A stretch of DNA of 62,723 bases, counting the filler, from Deltaproteobacteria bacterium (GTDB taxonomy: Bacteria; JAUYMQ01): NCBI GenBank assembly GCA_030698575.1. It is 15 parts of 15 records of this genome, joined end to end, with 100 filler letters (N's around TTAATTAATTAA, not from the genome) between each part and the next. Parts side by side here need not be neighbours in the genome. Positions count along the whole stretch, not along the records: positions 1 to 2,601 come from JAUYMQ010000345.1; positions 2,702 to 5,886 come from JAUYMQ010000110.1; positions 5,987 to 10,585 come from JAUYMQ010000370.1; 12 more parts are not named here. The stretch is one strand, 5' to 3'. Under the pieces are notes generated by a model. That model was given only the letters and a program-made list of their open reading frames with translations, searched no databases and was not told where the DNA came from. Shown one piece after another: positions 1-8,786 of the stretch. The first letter of the stretch is position 1, and each line of letters opens with the position of its first letter. Position numbers and translations under genes: made by a program.

Positions 1-611
1 GCTTCCCGCAGATCCTTCAGGCGTTCGCGGCGTTCCGCGAGCGGCACCCGGACGCGGTGCTCTATCTGCACACGGAGCTGACCGGGCGAAACGGCGGGGT
101 GAACCTGCCGGTCCTAGTCGAATCGCTGGAGCTTCCCCAGGGGTCGGTTCTGTTCGCGGATCAGTACCGCTACCAGTTCGATCCCTACTCGCCCGAGCTG
201 ATGGGCAAGGTCTACTCGACGTTCGATGTCTTGCTGAATCCGGCCAAAGGCGAGGGGTTCGGCCTGACACCGCTGGAGGCACAGGCTTGTGGGACTCCGG
301 TGATCGTGACCGACTTCTCCGCGATGAAGGAGGTCTGCGGGGCAGGGTGGAAGTGCGAGTATGACTTGGAGTGGACGCCTCAGTTGAGCTGGCAGGCGAA
401 CCCGCGGGTCGTCGACATCGTTGACGCGCTGGGGCGCTGCTACTCGTTGCCCGAGCCGACCCGTAGTGACTTGTCGGCGCAGGCTGTCGAGCACGCCGCG
501 CAGTACGACGCGGACCGGGTGATGCAGAAGCACTTCCTGCCCGCGATGGAAGAGGTCGCGGAGCGGTTCGCAGATCGTGAGCCGCAGACACTCAAAGCGG
601 TGGCGGCATGA
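1..611 (+). CDS. Glycosyltransferase family 4 (GT-B), 5' truncated, phage-like
   Basis: EX7E motif GEGFGLTPLEAQACGTPVI; the frame is open from the window start. Confidence 0.85.
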   Translation, partial: FPQILQAFAAFRERHPDAVLYLHTELTGRNGGVNLPVLVESLELPQGSVLFADQYRYQFDPYSPELMGKVYSTFDVLLNPAKGEGFGLTPLEAQACGTPVIVTDFSAMKEVCGAGWKCEYDLEWTPQLSWQANPRVVDIVDALGRCYSLPEPTRSDLSAQAVEHAAQYDADRVMQKHFLPAMEEVAERFADREPQTLKAVAA

Positions 612-838
612 GCAGAACTGAGACAGAGCAGCTGATCCACATGACGATTAGGCATAAATGTGGTGCGGCGCAGCGGACGCACCTTGCCTCGCGTGAGGAC
701 TATCCACGCCCGCTGTGCGGGGCTGGGTGCAGCGGCTCACACCCCCATGCTGAAATCGTTGTAGGGGGGCCAATAACTTGGCGCATATGCGGGAATTGCT
801 TTCGGTTGGCTCAGGGCAGGCCGATAGGATCACGATGA
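608..838 (+). CDS. Small Cys/His-rich hypothetical protein, possible zinc finger
   Basis: 76 aa; ATGA overlaps with both neighbours; H...LCG...CGNC pattern. Confidence 0.6.
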   Translation: MSRTETEQLIHMTIRHKCGAAQRTHLASREDYPRPLCGAGCSGSHPHAEIVVGGPITWRICGNCFRLAQGRPIGSR

Positions 839-1569
839 AGGTCGGTTGGCTGTCCGACAAGTCCGAGTACACCGGCGGCGCCGAGTTGACTGCCTCGGAG
901 TTCCGCGCAGCGGCTCCCGAGGGCGTCGAGATCGTGGACTGCCCGCCGGGGGAAGTGGTGCCGGAGCTAGATACCTACGTGGTCCACAACTGCACGACCT
1001 ACGGCGAGTACCCGGAGCGCACCGATGGCCCGGTGGCGCGCTATCTCCACGATCTTCGCGGCGGCTTCAACGAGGGCGACGAGTTGATCTTCTGCTCGCC
1101 TGCCCAGCAGGACCGCTACAACCTAGGCGGGCATTTGATCCCCCCGCCCCTCGACCTTCAAGCTTTCCGCCCCGCGCGCCAGCAACCCACCGAGATCAAA
1201 CGAGAGGGTGCGTGCTGCGTCGGGGCCTTCATGAACCCCGGCAAGGGCGGACACCTCGTCAGCGAGTGGGCCGACCGGAACGAACCCGTCGATGTCTGGG
1301 GCTTCGGCCCGTTCATGCCCGCCGGCCCGAACATCCGCAACCGCGGGCGGGCGAAGCAAAATGAGCTACCGACGATCTTGCAGCGCTATGAGCGGTTCGT
1401 CTTCTTGCCGCCCGCGCTTGAGCCGTTCGGCCGCTGCGTGGTAGAGGCGTGGGCGGCAGGGTGTGAGCTGATCGTGAACAGCAACGTGGGCGCGAGATGG
1501 TGGATCGAAAACGAACCCGAGGCGTTGGAAACGGCAGGCGAAAGATTTTGGGAGGTCATCCTTGCCTGA
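835..1569 (+). CDS. Compact GT4-like glycosyltransferase
   Basis: ATG at 835 overlaps the upstream TGA; N-terminal GGAE motif; EPFGRCVVEAWAAGC (EX7E). Confidence 0.8.
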   Translation: MKVGWLSDKSEYTGGAELTASEFRAAAPEGVEIVDCPPGEVVPELDTYVVHNCTTYGEYPERTDGPVARYLHDLRGGFNEGDELIFCSPAQQDRYNLGGHLIPPPLDLQAFRPARQQPTEIKREGACCVGAFMNPGKGGHLVSEWADRNEPVDVWGFGPFMPAGPNIRNRGRAKQNELPTILQRYERFVFLPPALEPFGRCVVEAWAAGCELIVNSNVGARWWIENEPEALETAGERFWEVILA

Positions 1570-2224
1570 CATAGCGATCCTAATCCCTTCCCTGAACCGC
1601 GCCCCCGCGCTTGAGGCGTTGGTCCGGAACATCAACGAGACCACCCCCGAGGGCGCGCACTCTACACTGTTCATTCTCGACATCGCCGACCGCGAGTCCC
1701 GAGAGGTTGTCCGAGGTCTTCCGCGGTGCCGTTACCTGCTCGCGGACGGCACCTTCCCAGTCAAGATCAACGCTGGGGTGATGGGCACAACCGAGCCGCT
1801 GATTCTGTCCGCGAATGACGACGTGGTTTTCTACCCCGGTTGGTATGAGGCGGCAACAGATGCGTTTGAAGAAAAGGGGGTCCACGTAGTCGGCACGGAT
1901 GACCTCACCCCGATCACCCGTGACCGGACCCACACCACCATGCCAATCCTTCGTCGGTCTTACGTCAAGGGCCCAGGCGCTGCCTTCAACGAGACTGGGA
2001 CGGTCTTCCACGAGGGCTATCACCACAACTATTGCGAGACCGAGCTATGGCAGCTCGCCTGCCACCGTGGGGTCGCCAAGTTCGCGGAGGAATGCGTGAT
2101 CGAGCATCGTCACCCGAACTGGGGGACGGCCGCTCTCGATGAGACCTATCGCAAAGGTGGGCGCAGCAACGTGGAGCAAGACAGGCAGACCTTCGAGCGA
2201 AGGAAGGCAGCATGGGAGGCTTGA
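1562..2224 (+). CDS. Glycosyltransferase family 2 (GT-A)
   Basis: IAILIPSLNR N-terminus, ANDDV DxD-like motif, IEHRHP. Confidence 0.8.
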   Translation: MPDIAILIPSLNRAPALEALVRNINETTPEGAHSTLFILDIADRESREVVRGLPRCRYLLADGTFPVKINAGVMGTTEPLILSANDDVVFYPGWYEAATDAFEEKGVHVVGTDDLTPITRDRTHTTMPILRRSYVKGPGAAFNETGTVFHEGYHHNYCETELWQLACHRGVAKFAEECVIEHRHPNWGTAALDETYRKGGRSNVEQDRQTFERRKAAWEA

Positions 2225-2601
2225 TTCACGTTGGAGGGTGGCATGGCATCGAGTACATCGGCACAGAGCGACGCCTGCTGGTCTTCGAGCCGCAGCGCGA
2301 GGCGTTCGCCCGGTTGAAGCTCAACCTCGGTGCCCTCCCCAACGTGGAACTCGTCAACGTAGCTCTCGGCGCAGAGGAGGGGGTCGGCGTGATGCACACC
2401 GCCCACCCCAGCCATTCTTCGTCGCTGCTGACGCCGCGCCAAGCACCCGCTGACGGCGTTACCTTCGAGGGCACCGAGGCCGTGTCAATAACCACGCTCG
2501 ACAGAGCGATGCAGGGGCGCGAGGGCTACGACGAGCTGAGAATCGACACCCAAGGGTATGAGCTGGAAGTGCTGCGAGGCGCTCGGCGGACCTTGGAGCG
2601 C
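2212..2601 (+). CDS. FkbM-family methyltransferase, 3' truncated
   Basis: IHVGGWHG, FEP, NVALG and RIDTQGYELEVLRGA motifs. Confidence 0.85.
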
Positions 2602-2701
2602 NNNNNNNNNNNNNNNNNNNNNNNNNNNNNNNNNNNNNNNNNNNNTTAATTAATTAANNNNNNNNNNNNNNNNNNNNNNNNNNNNNNNNNNNNNNNNNNN
2701 N
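2602..2701. other. Artificial contig spacer (first of 14; others at 5887-5986, 10586-10685, 13640-13739, 16382-16481, 20660-20759, 24439-24538, 27419-27518, 34080-34179, 44089-44188, 48493-48592, 53587-53686, 56452-56551, 59451-59550)
   Basis: Identical 44N-TTAATTAATTAA-44N blocks with stops in all six frames; genes are truncated at the junctions. Confidence 0.99.
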
Positions 2702-3201
2702 ACGCAGCGCACATCCGCGCTCTCGTCCGAGACGACGTTCATCGTGCCGAAGGTGAAATGGTCGGCGTGACCGGTCTGCACGCCGCACTAGTTGCCCGGC
2801 GTGATGACGTTAGGGGTTCCAAGGTAGGTGGCGAAGCGCTGCGCGAAGGCGTAGTCCAGGCTCTTGGGCTCCCCCAGGACCATGGCGATGCTTTCGGGAC
2901 CGAAGCTGTCGCGATAGAACTTCATTTTCTCGGCGATCGTGTCGAGTGCCTCGTCCCAGCTTATCCGGCTCCACAGGTTGCGGCCCCGCTCGCCGGCCCG
3001 TTTCATCGGAAATTGCAGGCGCTTGCCGTGGCTGTGCACTTCGGGAATGGTGTTCGGCCCCTTGGCCGAGTCACAGATGTCGCAATGCAGGCCGCTGCGT
3101 GAGTCGGCGATGACCTTGACAATCCTGCCGTCTTCGAAGGTTGCCGTCAGTGCGCAGTGACTGGGACAAACGAAACAGAAAATGCCTTCCTTTGTCTTCA
3201 T
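2702..3201 (-). CDS. Molybdopterin oxidoreductase (acetylene hydratase-like) N-terminus with in-frame TAG at 2788-2790, 3' truncated
   Basis: CFVCPSHC Fe-S motif; RLQFPMKRAGERG..WSRISWDEALD; FGPESI; family-like sequence continues past the TAG (CGVQTGHADHFTFG). Confidence 0.85.
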
Positions 3202-3446
3202 GATCAGCGTTCCATTGAACAGGTGAAGCAGTTGGGCCGGTACTTCATTCTACTGAGGCAGCAAGGCTTCAGCCCGCCCCCGGGGGCGATTATGCTTCGA
3301 ACCAACAGCCTCGCTATTCTCTCAAACTTTGACTTCCCGGCAAAGACCTTGCTCCGCGTTCGGAACCGCGCGGCATCGCGTGTGATGCGGGGCATCATGC
3401 CGACCGTGATACGCTACCCTCGAACAAGGTTAAACGGAGAAATATC

Positions 3447-3836
3447 ATGCCCCGCAACATCCTTGACGAGGCCCGCATCCACCCCTCGATCCGCGAGTTC
3501 GTCGCCGGCAATAATGCCGACATCTTACGCGAGGTACAGAGCGCAATAGGCGCCAACGACGTCGTGGTCGTCGGAATGGCGCAGAATCCGTTTCCGAAAA
3601 AGGCACACAAGCTGCTTGAGGGGGCCGGCATTGTCCACGGGTATCTCGAGTACGGGAGCTACTTCGCCGGCTGGCGACGCCGCAACGCCCTGAAGATGTG
3701 GTCCGGGTGGCCCACCTTCCCGATGGTGTTCGTCAAAGGGGTGCTCGTGGGAGGAGCGAATGACCTGGAGCGGCTGCTGAAAAGCGGGGAACTCATGCAG
3801 ATGCTGGGCGGCAAGCCCGGCGCCGCAGCTGCCTGA
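3447..3836 (+). CDS. Glutaredoxin-like protein without cysteine
   Basis: WSGWPTFPMVFVKGVLVGG Grx signature; QNPF at the active-site position; GGAG RBS. Confidence 0.85.
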   Translation: MPRNILDEARIHPSIREFVAGNNADILREVQSAIGANDVVVVGMAQNPFPKKAHKLLEGAGIVHGYLEYGSYFAGWRRRNALKMWSGWPTFPMVFVKGVLVGGANDLERLLKSGELMQMLGGKPGAAAA

Positions 3837-3938
3837 AAGCGGCTCGATGCAAAAGGTGCACGCCTGCTAACGCGACGCCATGCTCAACACGGAATTCGAT
3901 CGCCGGCTCCCCGGACAGGGCGCAATAGGCGCATAATC

Positions 3939-4184
3939 CTAGACCGTCAGCCGCGAGGATTCTTCATCAACCATTCTTCTCCCAAGATCGGCCGCGTACC
4001 GGGTCGCGCCCTTCGCAGTAGCGAATATCGGGGTCAGACCGGGAAACGCCTGGCTCTTGGAGAGCTTGTTTGCGCAAGGCAGCCGGGTCATGGTGAGTCG
4101 CGGCTGCCACTTGTTTTCGCCGGGCAGGAGATACGCGCCGGCCTCGATCAGATAGTGTCCGCGCTCCTCGCGATGGGTCGACAT
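3939..4184 (-). CDS. Small hypothetical protein (81 aa)
   Basis: GGGAGG RBS before the ATG at 4184; MSTHREERGHYLIEAGAY... Confidence 0.65.
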   Translation of the reverse strand: MSTHREERGHYLIEAGAYLLPGENKWQPRLTMTRLPCANKLSKSQAFPGLTPIFATAKGATRYAADLGRRMVDEESSRLTV

Positions 4185-4368
4185 GCTGTCCTCCCTGTTG
4201 CCAAACACGGTATCACACATGTTGATATCGCTTGCGGCTCCCCGGGACCAAGGTTGACGGCGATCGGGGGGTGCCCGGTGAAATGGCGTTCGGTGCTGAA
4301 AATGCAGATTCAGGCGCATTGCGGCGTGATCAACTGAAGTATTGACCAACTGGTGCAGAGCCCGAACT

Positions 4369-4608
4369 ATGAACAAGCAAAAATACTGGCGCGAGCAGGA
4401 GCAGGAACTGATCAACCGGTGGAACGCTGCTGCGGATCGCTATCGTGAAGCCCAGGCCGCCGTGACGCTCCAGGTTGCTCCCCAAAGCGATGGCAGGCCA
4501 ACCAAAGACAGTGTGCAGGCAGTCGAGGCGGCCCGGGCCGAACTCGAGGCCGTGAGGAAGCGGGTTGCGCGGTTCAAGGCAGAGTTCAGCGCCGGGAAGC
4601 GGTACTAG
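4369..4608 (+). CDS. Small helical hypothetical protein (79 aa)
   Basis: ATG at 4369; coiled-coil-like composition. Confidence 0.55.
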   Translation: MNKQKYWREQEQELINRWNAAADRYREAQAAVTLQVAPQSDGRPTKDSVQAVEAARAELEAVRKRVARFKAEFSAGKRY

Positions 4609-4657
4609 ATCTTCCTGCTTCGCGGCGTGACGAAGCTGGAAACGTTGTCCTGCGCCT

Positions 4658-5886
4658 TCAGCCGCAGGCGGCGCGCACCTGCTGCATGTCGGTCAGCCCC
4701 TGCATGACCTTGTCGATACCATCCTCCTTGAGCGTGCGCATCCCGGCCGCCAGCGCCGCGTCCCTCACATCGGGCACGGGCGCGCGGGACTGAACCAGCT
4801 GCCTCAGTCCCGAATCGGCAACCAGCAGTTCGTACAACCCCAGCCTGCCCTTGTAGCCTGTGGCGTCACAACGCTCACAACCGCGGGCGCGGTACAGCGT
4901 TATCTTTCGCTTGGCACCGCCAAGGCGACGGAGCCAGGTATCGGACTGGCTCTTTGCAACGATCGAGGTGCCCTCGCAGTACTCCCTGGCGAGTTCATCG
5001 AGCTCCGGCGCTGTCGCTTCGTGGGGAACCTTGCACGCCGGACAGAGCCGCTTGACCAGGCGCTGCGCCAGGATGCCAAGCAATGCGTCGGCAAAGTTGA
5101 ACGGATCCATGCCCAGATCGAGCAGCCGAACGATGCTTTCCGGTGCGCTGTTGGTGTGCAACGTCGACAGCACGAGGTGGCCGGTCAACGACGCCTCGAT
5201 ACCGATCTTCGCCGTTTCCGCATCGCGCATCTCACCGACCATCACGACGTCGGGATCGGCGCGCAGGAAGCTGCGCATCGCGGCTGCAAAAGTCCACCCG
5301 ATCTTGGCATTGACCTGGACCTGGCGCAACCCGGGTTGCGTGATTTCAATCGGGTCCTCTGCCGTCCAGATCTTGCGCTCGTCCGTATTGATGAATCCGA
5401 GCAGCGTGTGCAGGGTCGTGGTCTTTCCGGACCCCGTCGGGCCGCATACGAGGAGCAGCCCCTGCGGCCTTGAGATCAGGCGCTTGATGGTGTCCAGACG
5501 TGCGGCATCGAAACCCAGGTCATCGATGGGCACGGGCTTGGAGGCGGCGAGCACGCGCATGACGACGTCTTCCAGGCCGTCGCGCATCGGTATCGTCGCT
5601 ATCCGCAGTTCCACCCGCGCCGGACCGAACCGGCTGAAATCGATCTTCCCGTCCTGGGGCTTGCGGCGCTCCGAAATGTCCAACTGGCTCATGATCTTGA
5701 CCCGCGAGATCACCGCCTTGCGAATCCGCGATGGGATCTCGAGGTAAGTCACCAGCGTGCCGTCCTTGCGGACTCGCACGCGCGTGCTCCTGTTGCCGGG
5801 ATTGGACTCGATATGGATGTCGGAGGCCCGCTGCTCGACAGCGTCGAGGATGATCTTGTTGACCAGCTGTACCAGCGTGCTGTCGC
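4658..5886 (-). CDS. GspE/PilB-family secretion ATPase, 5' truncated
   Basis: Walker A GPTGSGKTTT; TAEDPIE; RADPDVVMVGEMRD; STLHTN; CPAC...CERC Zn motif. Confidence 0.95.
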
Positions 5887-5986
5887 NNNNNNNNNNNNNN
5901 NNNNNNNNNNNNNNNNNNNNNNNNNNNNNNTTAATTAATTAANNNNNNNNNNNNNNNNNNNNNNNNNNNNNNNNNNNNNNNNNNNN

Positions 5987-6177
5987 CCGAGGATATCGTG
6001 ACGGAGTATGACGGGATGGCCGTCGAAGGCGCACTGGAACTCAAGGCGCTGGCCCGCGGAACGCAGCCCAACCGGTCGGTTCGACTGCAGGTTCTGCGCG
6101 ACGGCCGCACCTTCTCGATGAGCGTCACGGGTGGATTTCTCGGAGTTGCCATCGAGGACGGCGTCGCTCGGAACTGA
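5987..6177 (+). CDS. PDZ-domain C-terminus, 5' truncated
   Basis: Own translation: EDIVTEYDGMAVEG...VRLQVLRDGRTFSMSVTGGFLGVAI*. Confidence 0.65.
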
Positions 6178-6196
6178 AGGCAACTTTCCCCGTGCT

Positions 6197-7030
6197 TCAG
6201 GCGGCCACCATCGCAATGCCGTTGGAAAGCACCACATCTCCGGTCTGGCGTTTGCACCGGACGAGATACTTCCCTTTCTCCAGCGCCCAGCCTTCCGTGA
6301 TGATCGTGTCGCCCGGAAAGACCGTCCCGGAGAACCGCGCCTCGAAGGACTTGAAGCGCGCCGGATCCCCCCCGCACCCGCGTGAGAGCACAGCCCGACC
6401 GGCGTGGCCGTAGGTGCCGAGGCCGTGCAGGATGGGTCTGTCGAAGCCGGCAATCTTGGCGAAGTTCGGATCAGCGTGAAGGGGGTTCAGGTCCCCCGAG
6501 AGCCGGTACATGAGCGCCTGGATCGGCAATGTGGGCATGTCGGTCCGGAAGTCCGGGTCCCGATCCGGATACTCGATGGCCCCGGCGGATGGGCCGCGAT
6601 CCCCTCCGAACCCTCCCTCCCCACGGGCGAAGAAGACAAATTTCCCGTCGAAAAGTGCCTCGCCTTTCTCGTCCGTCGACGTTGTCTTCACGAGGATGAC
6701 CGCCCCCGAGCCCTTGTCATAGATCGCCTCGATGGCCGCCTTCGTGAGGATCGTGCCCTCATCAGGGATCGAGCGATGGAGGGTGATCCCCTGCTCACCA
6801 TGCACCACCATCATGGGGTTGGCCCCGGTCTCCATCATGCCCATCATCGCAGCCGGGAAGGCCGGGATCACGCCGAAGGTCGGAAGCACCTTCAGATCAT
6901 TCTCGTAAACGAAATTGAGCTCATCGGGCCCGCTGCCGACGCCGAGGGCGTAGAGAATGGTGTCCTTGCTCGTGTACTTGTATTCGGTGGGCCCGTAGGA
7001 CTTGCCCACGAGGTCCGTGTTGATGGCCAT
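6197..7030 (-). CDS. MaoC-family (R)-specific enoyl-CoA hydratase 2
   Basis: YALGVG, VHGEQ and the hydratase-2 motif YRLSGDLNPLHADP...ILHGL. Confidence 0.93.
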   Translation of the reverse strand: MAINTDLVGKSYGPTEYKYTSKDTILYALGVGSGPDELNFVYENDLKVLPTFGVIPAFPAAMMGMMETGANPMMVVHGEQGITLHRSIPDEGTILTKAAIEAIYDKGSGAVILVKTTSTDEKGEALFDGKFVFFARGEGGFGGDRGPSAGAIEYPDRDPDFRTDMPTLPIQALMYRLSGDLNPLHADPNFAKIAGFDRPILHGLGTYGHAGRAVLSRGCGGDPARFKSFEARFSGTVFPGDTIITEGWALEKGKYLVRCKRQTGDVVLSNGIAMVAA

Positions 7031-7041
7031 CGTTCTTCTCC

Positions 7042-7683
7042 TTACTTCCGGACGACGATCTCGCGCATTCGATTCTTGAGCATGATGAAGTGCAGCACGC
7101 GGTGGGGCACGAAGGCGTCAAGAATGTCGCGGTTCTTGAGGCGGGTGACGAAAACCTTGACCGCATTTGGCTTGTCGCCGGGCTCGTGCTCGAGCATGCC
7201 CGAGTCGACAATGCGGTAGCGCTGTGAGGGCTCCGGGCGCTCAGCCCGCTCGCTGCAGAACAGCGCGAAGAGCAGCGCGTCGTTCTTCAGCACCCGAAAC
7301 AGCTCTCCGATGACCGCTGGAACTTCCTCGGGGCGGAAGTAGTCGAGCAGGTCCCAGGCCAGGATGCCGTCGAACTGGCCGTCGGCGTACGGTAGCCCGC
7401 TCCAGCGCGTTCCGGGAACAAGACGCGCGGGACGCTCGGCCGCGTCGAGATCGGCCCGGCGCTCCGCGCTCACGTCGTGCACGAAGACCTTGCACCCCAT
7501 GCGGGCGAAGTACTCGATGTTCGTGCCGATGACCTGCCCGGTATCCAGCAGCTGAGGAGAGGTTCGGTCGCGGATCTCCGAGACGAAGATACGGAGAGCT
7601 TTGGAGGGGTGGACCAAGCCACCCCTCTCGCCCCCGCGCGGCTCCGCGAATCCGGCGGTCGGTTCTGTCTTGCGCCAGAGCAT
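7042..7683 (-). CDS. Class I SAM-methyltransferase-like protein
   Basis: LPYADGQFDGILAWDLLDY, ELFRVLK; degenerate motif I LLDTGQVIG. Confidence 0.7.
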   Translation of the reverse strand: MLWRKTEPTAGFAEPRGGERGGLVHPSKALRIFVSEIRDRTSPQLLDTGQVIGTNIEYFARMGCKVFVHDVSAERRADLDAAERPARLVPGTRWSGLPYADGQFDGILAWDLLDYFRPEEVPAVIGELFRVLKNDALLFALFCSERAERPEPSQRYRIVDSGMLEHEPGDKPNAVKVFVTRLKNRDILDAFVPHRVLHFIMLKNRMREIVVRK

Positions 7684-7805
7684 GAAAAAGGAAGCCCCCC
7701 TCGCCCCGGGCTACCCGCCGCCCCTGAGGGCCGGCGGGCGCATGCGGTTCCGATCGTTCAGCCGCGCGGACCGGTGATCGAGAGAGGTTGCCTGAAGCGA
7801 TTATG

Positions 7806-8348
7806 TCAGGCAGTTCCTTCCGTCGTCGCCGGAGCGCCGAAGGAAATTTTAGACTCGGTCTTGGAGAACGATTTTTCGGCGGATGCGGGCGCCTTCGCCA
7901 TGTCCACCGCGCCCTTGAAGTGCGCGCCGTCCATGATGTTGACGCGAGGAGCGATGATGTCCCCCTCGAGGGACCCCACCTCGCGAATTTCCACCCGCTC
8001 GGATCCAATCACGTTCCCGACCACGCTGCCGATGATCTGGATGTTCTTGGCTGCGATCTCCGCCCGGATCTGGGCGCACGAGCCAATCACCAGGTTGTGA
8101 TTTTTAAGCTCGATCTTCCCTTCGACCTTCCCTTCGATCGTGAGATCCTCGTCACCAGTGATTTCACCCTTCACGCACACGGACTTGCCAATATGGATAA
8201 CCCCGCTGCTCATAACTTCCTTTCCTCCGCTCGGGCGGGTTTTCGGGGGGATAATTGACACATTCCGATTCTCGAAGCTGGGAATAGAAGGAGTTTCCTC
8301 CTGCTTCGTGATCGGGTCGGGCCCCTCATCCTTCTTGGTCTTCCACAT
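7806..8348 (-). CDS. Bactofilin (polymer-forming cytoskeletal protein)
   Basis: IGKSVCVKGEITGDEDLTIEGKVEG...IMDGAHFKG; GGAGG RBS before the ATG at 8348. Confidence 0.93.
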   Translation of the reverse strand: MWKTKKDEGPDPITKQEETPSIPSFENRNVSIIPPKTRPSGGKEVMSSGVIHIGKSVCVKGEITGDEDLTIEGKVEGKIELKNHNLVIGSCAQIRAEIAAKNIQIIGSVVGNVIGSERVEIREVGSLEGDIIAPRVNIMDGAHFKGAVDMAKAPASAEKSFSKTESKISFGAPATTEGTA

Positions 8349-8786
8349 GGGTCGCAGGCCTCCGTAGAGCATGCGGTTTGGCCCGGGGCGAGGAGTATTC
8401 GCCCATTTGGACCGTTTCCTGTTGCCGGGGTGGGGGGAAGGAATGCGTCAAGAGAGGCTGTCCGGGCGCTCGGCTCTCACGGGCGTTCTGGACGGCGCCC
8501 CCTCCTGATGGGGCAACGGCTCTCGGGCATCACCAAAGGCATTGCGAAAGGCCGTTGAACACTGTCTTTCTACCAAAGGCTCCGCCGGGCTGTCAAGCAG
8601 CATCATCCCATCGATCGGCGCATCGATTGGCCCCGCTTCGTGGCCGCTGGCCTGGCCACCTCGCAATCTCCCGGAGCGGATGAAGATGCTATAATTCCGC
8701 GCTCGATCCCCCCCTGCCCCACCATGAAACGAGCCCCCGGGGCGCTGCGCCGAACTTTGCCACCCTGCCCAGGAGTCCATCGAACC

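Noticed and set aside
2646..2657. Recurrent TTAATTAATTAA as a biological repeat or CRISPR repeat
   Set aside because: Always centred in N padding; it is an artificial all-frame-stop linker
2788..2790. Selenocysteine codon
   Set aside because: The codon is TAG, not TGA, and the ligand Cys is the next codon
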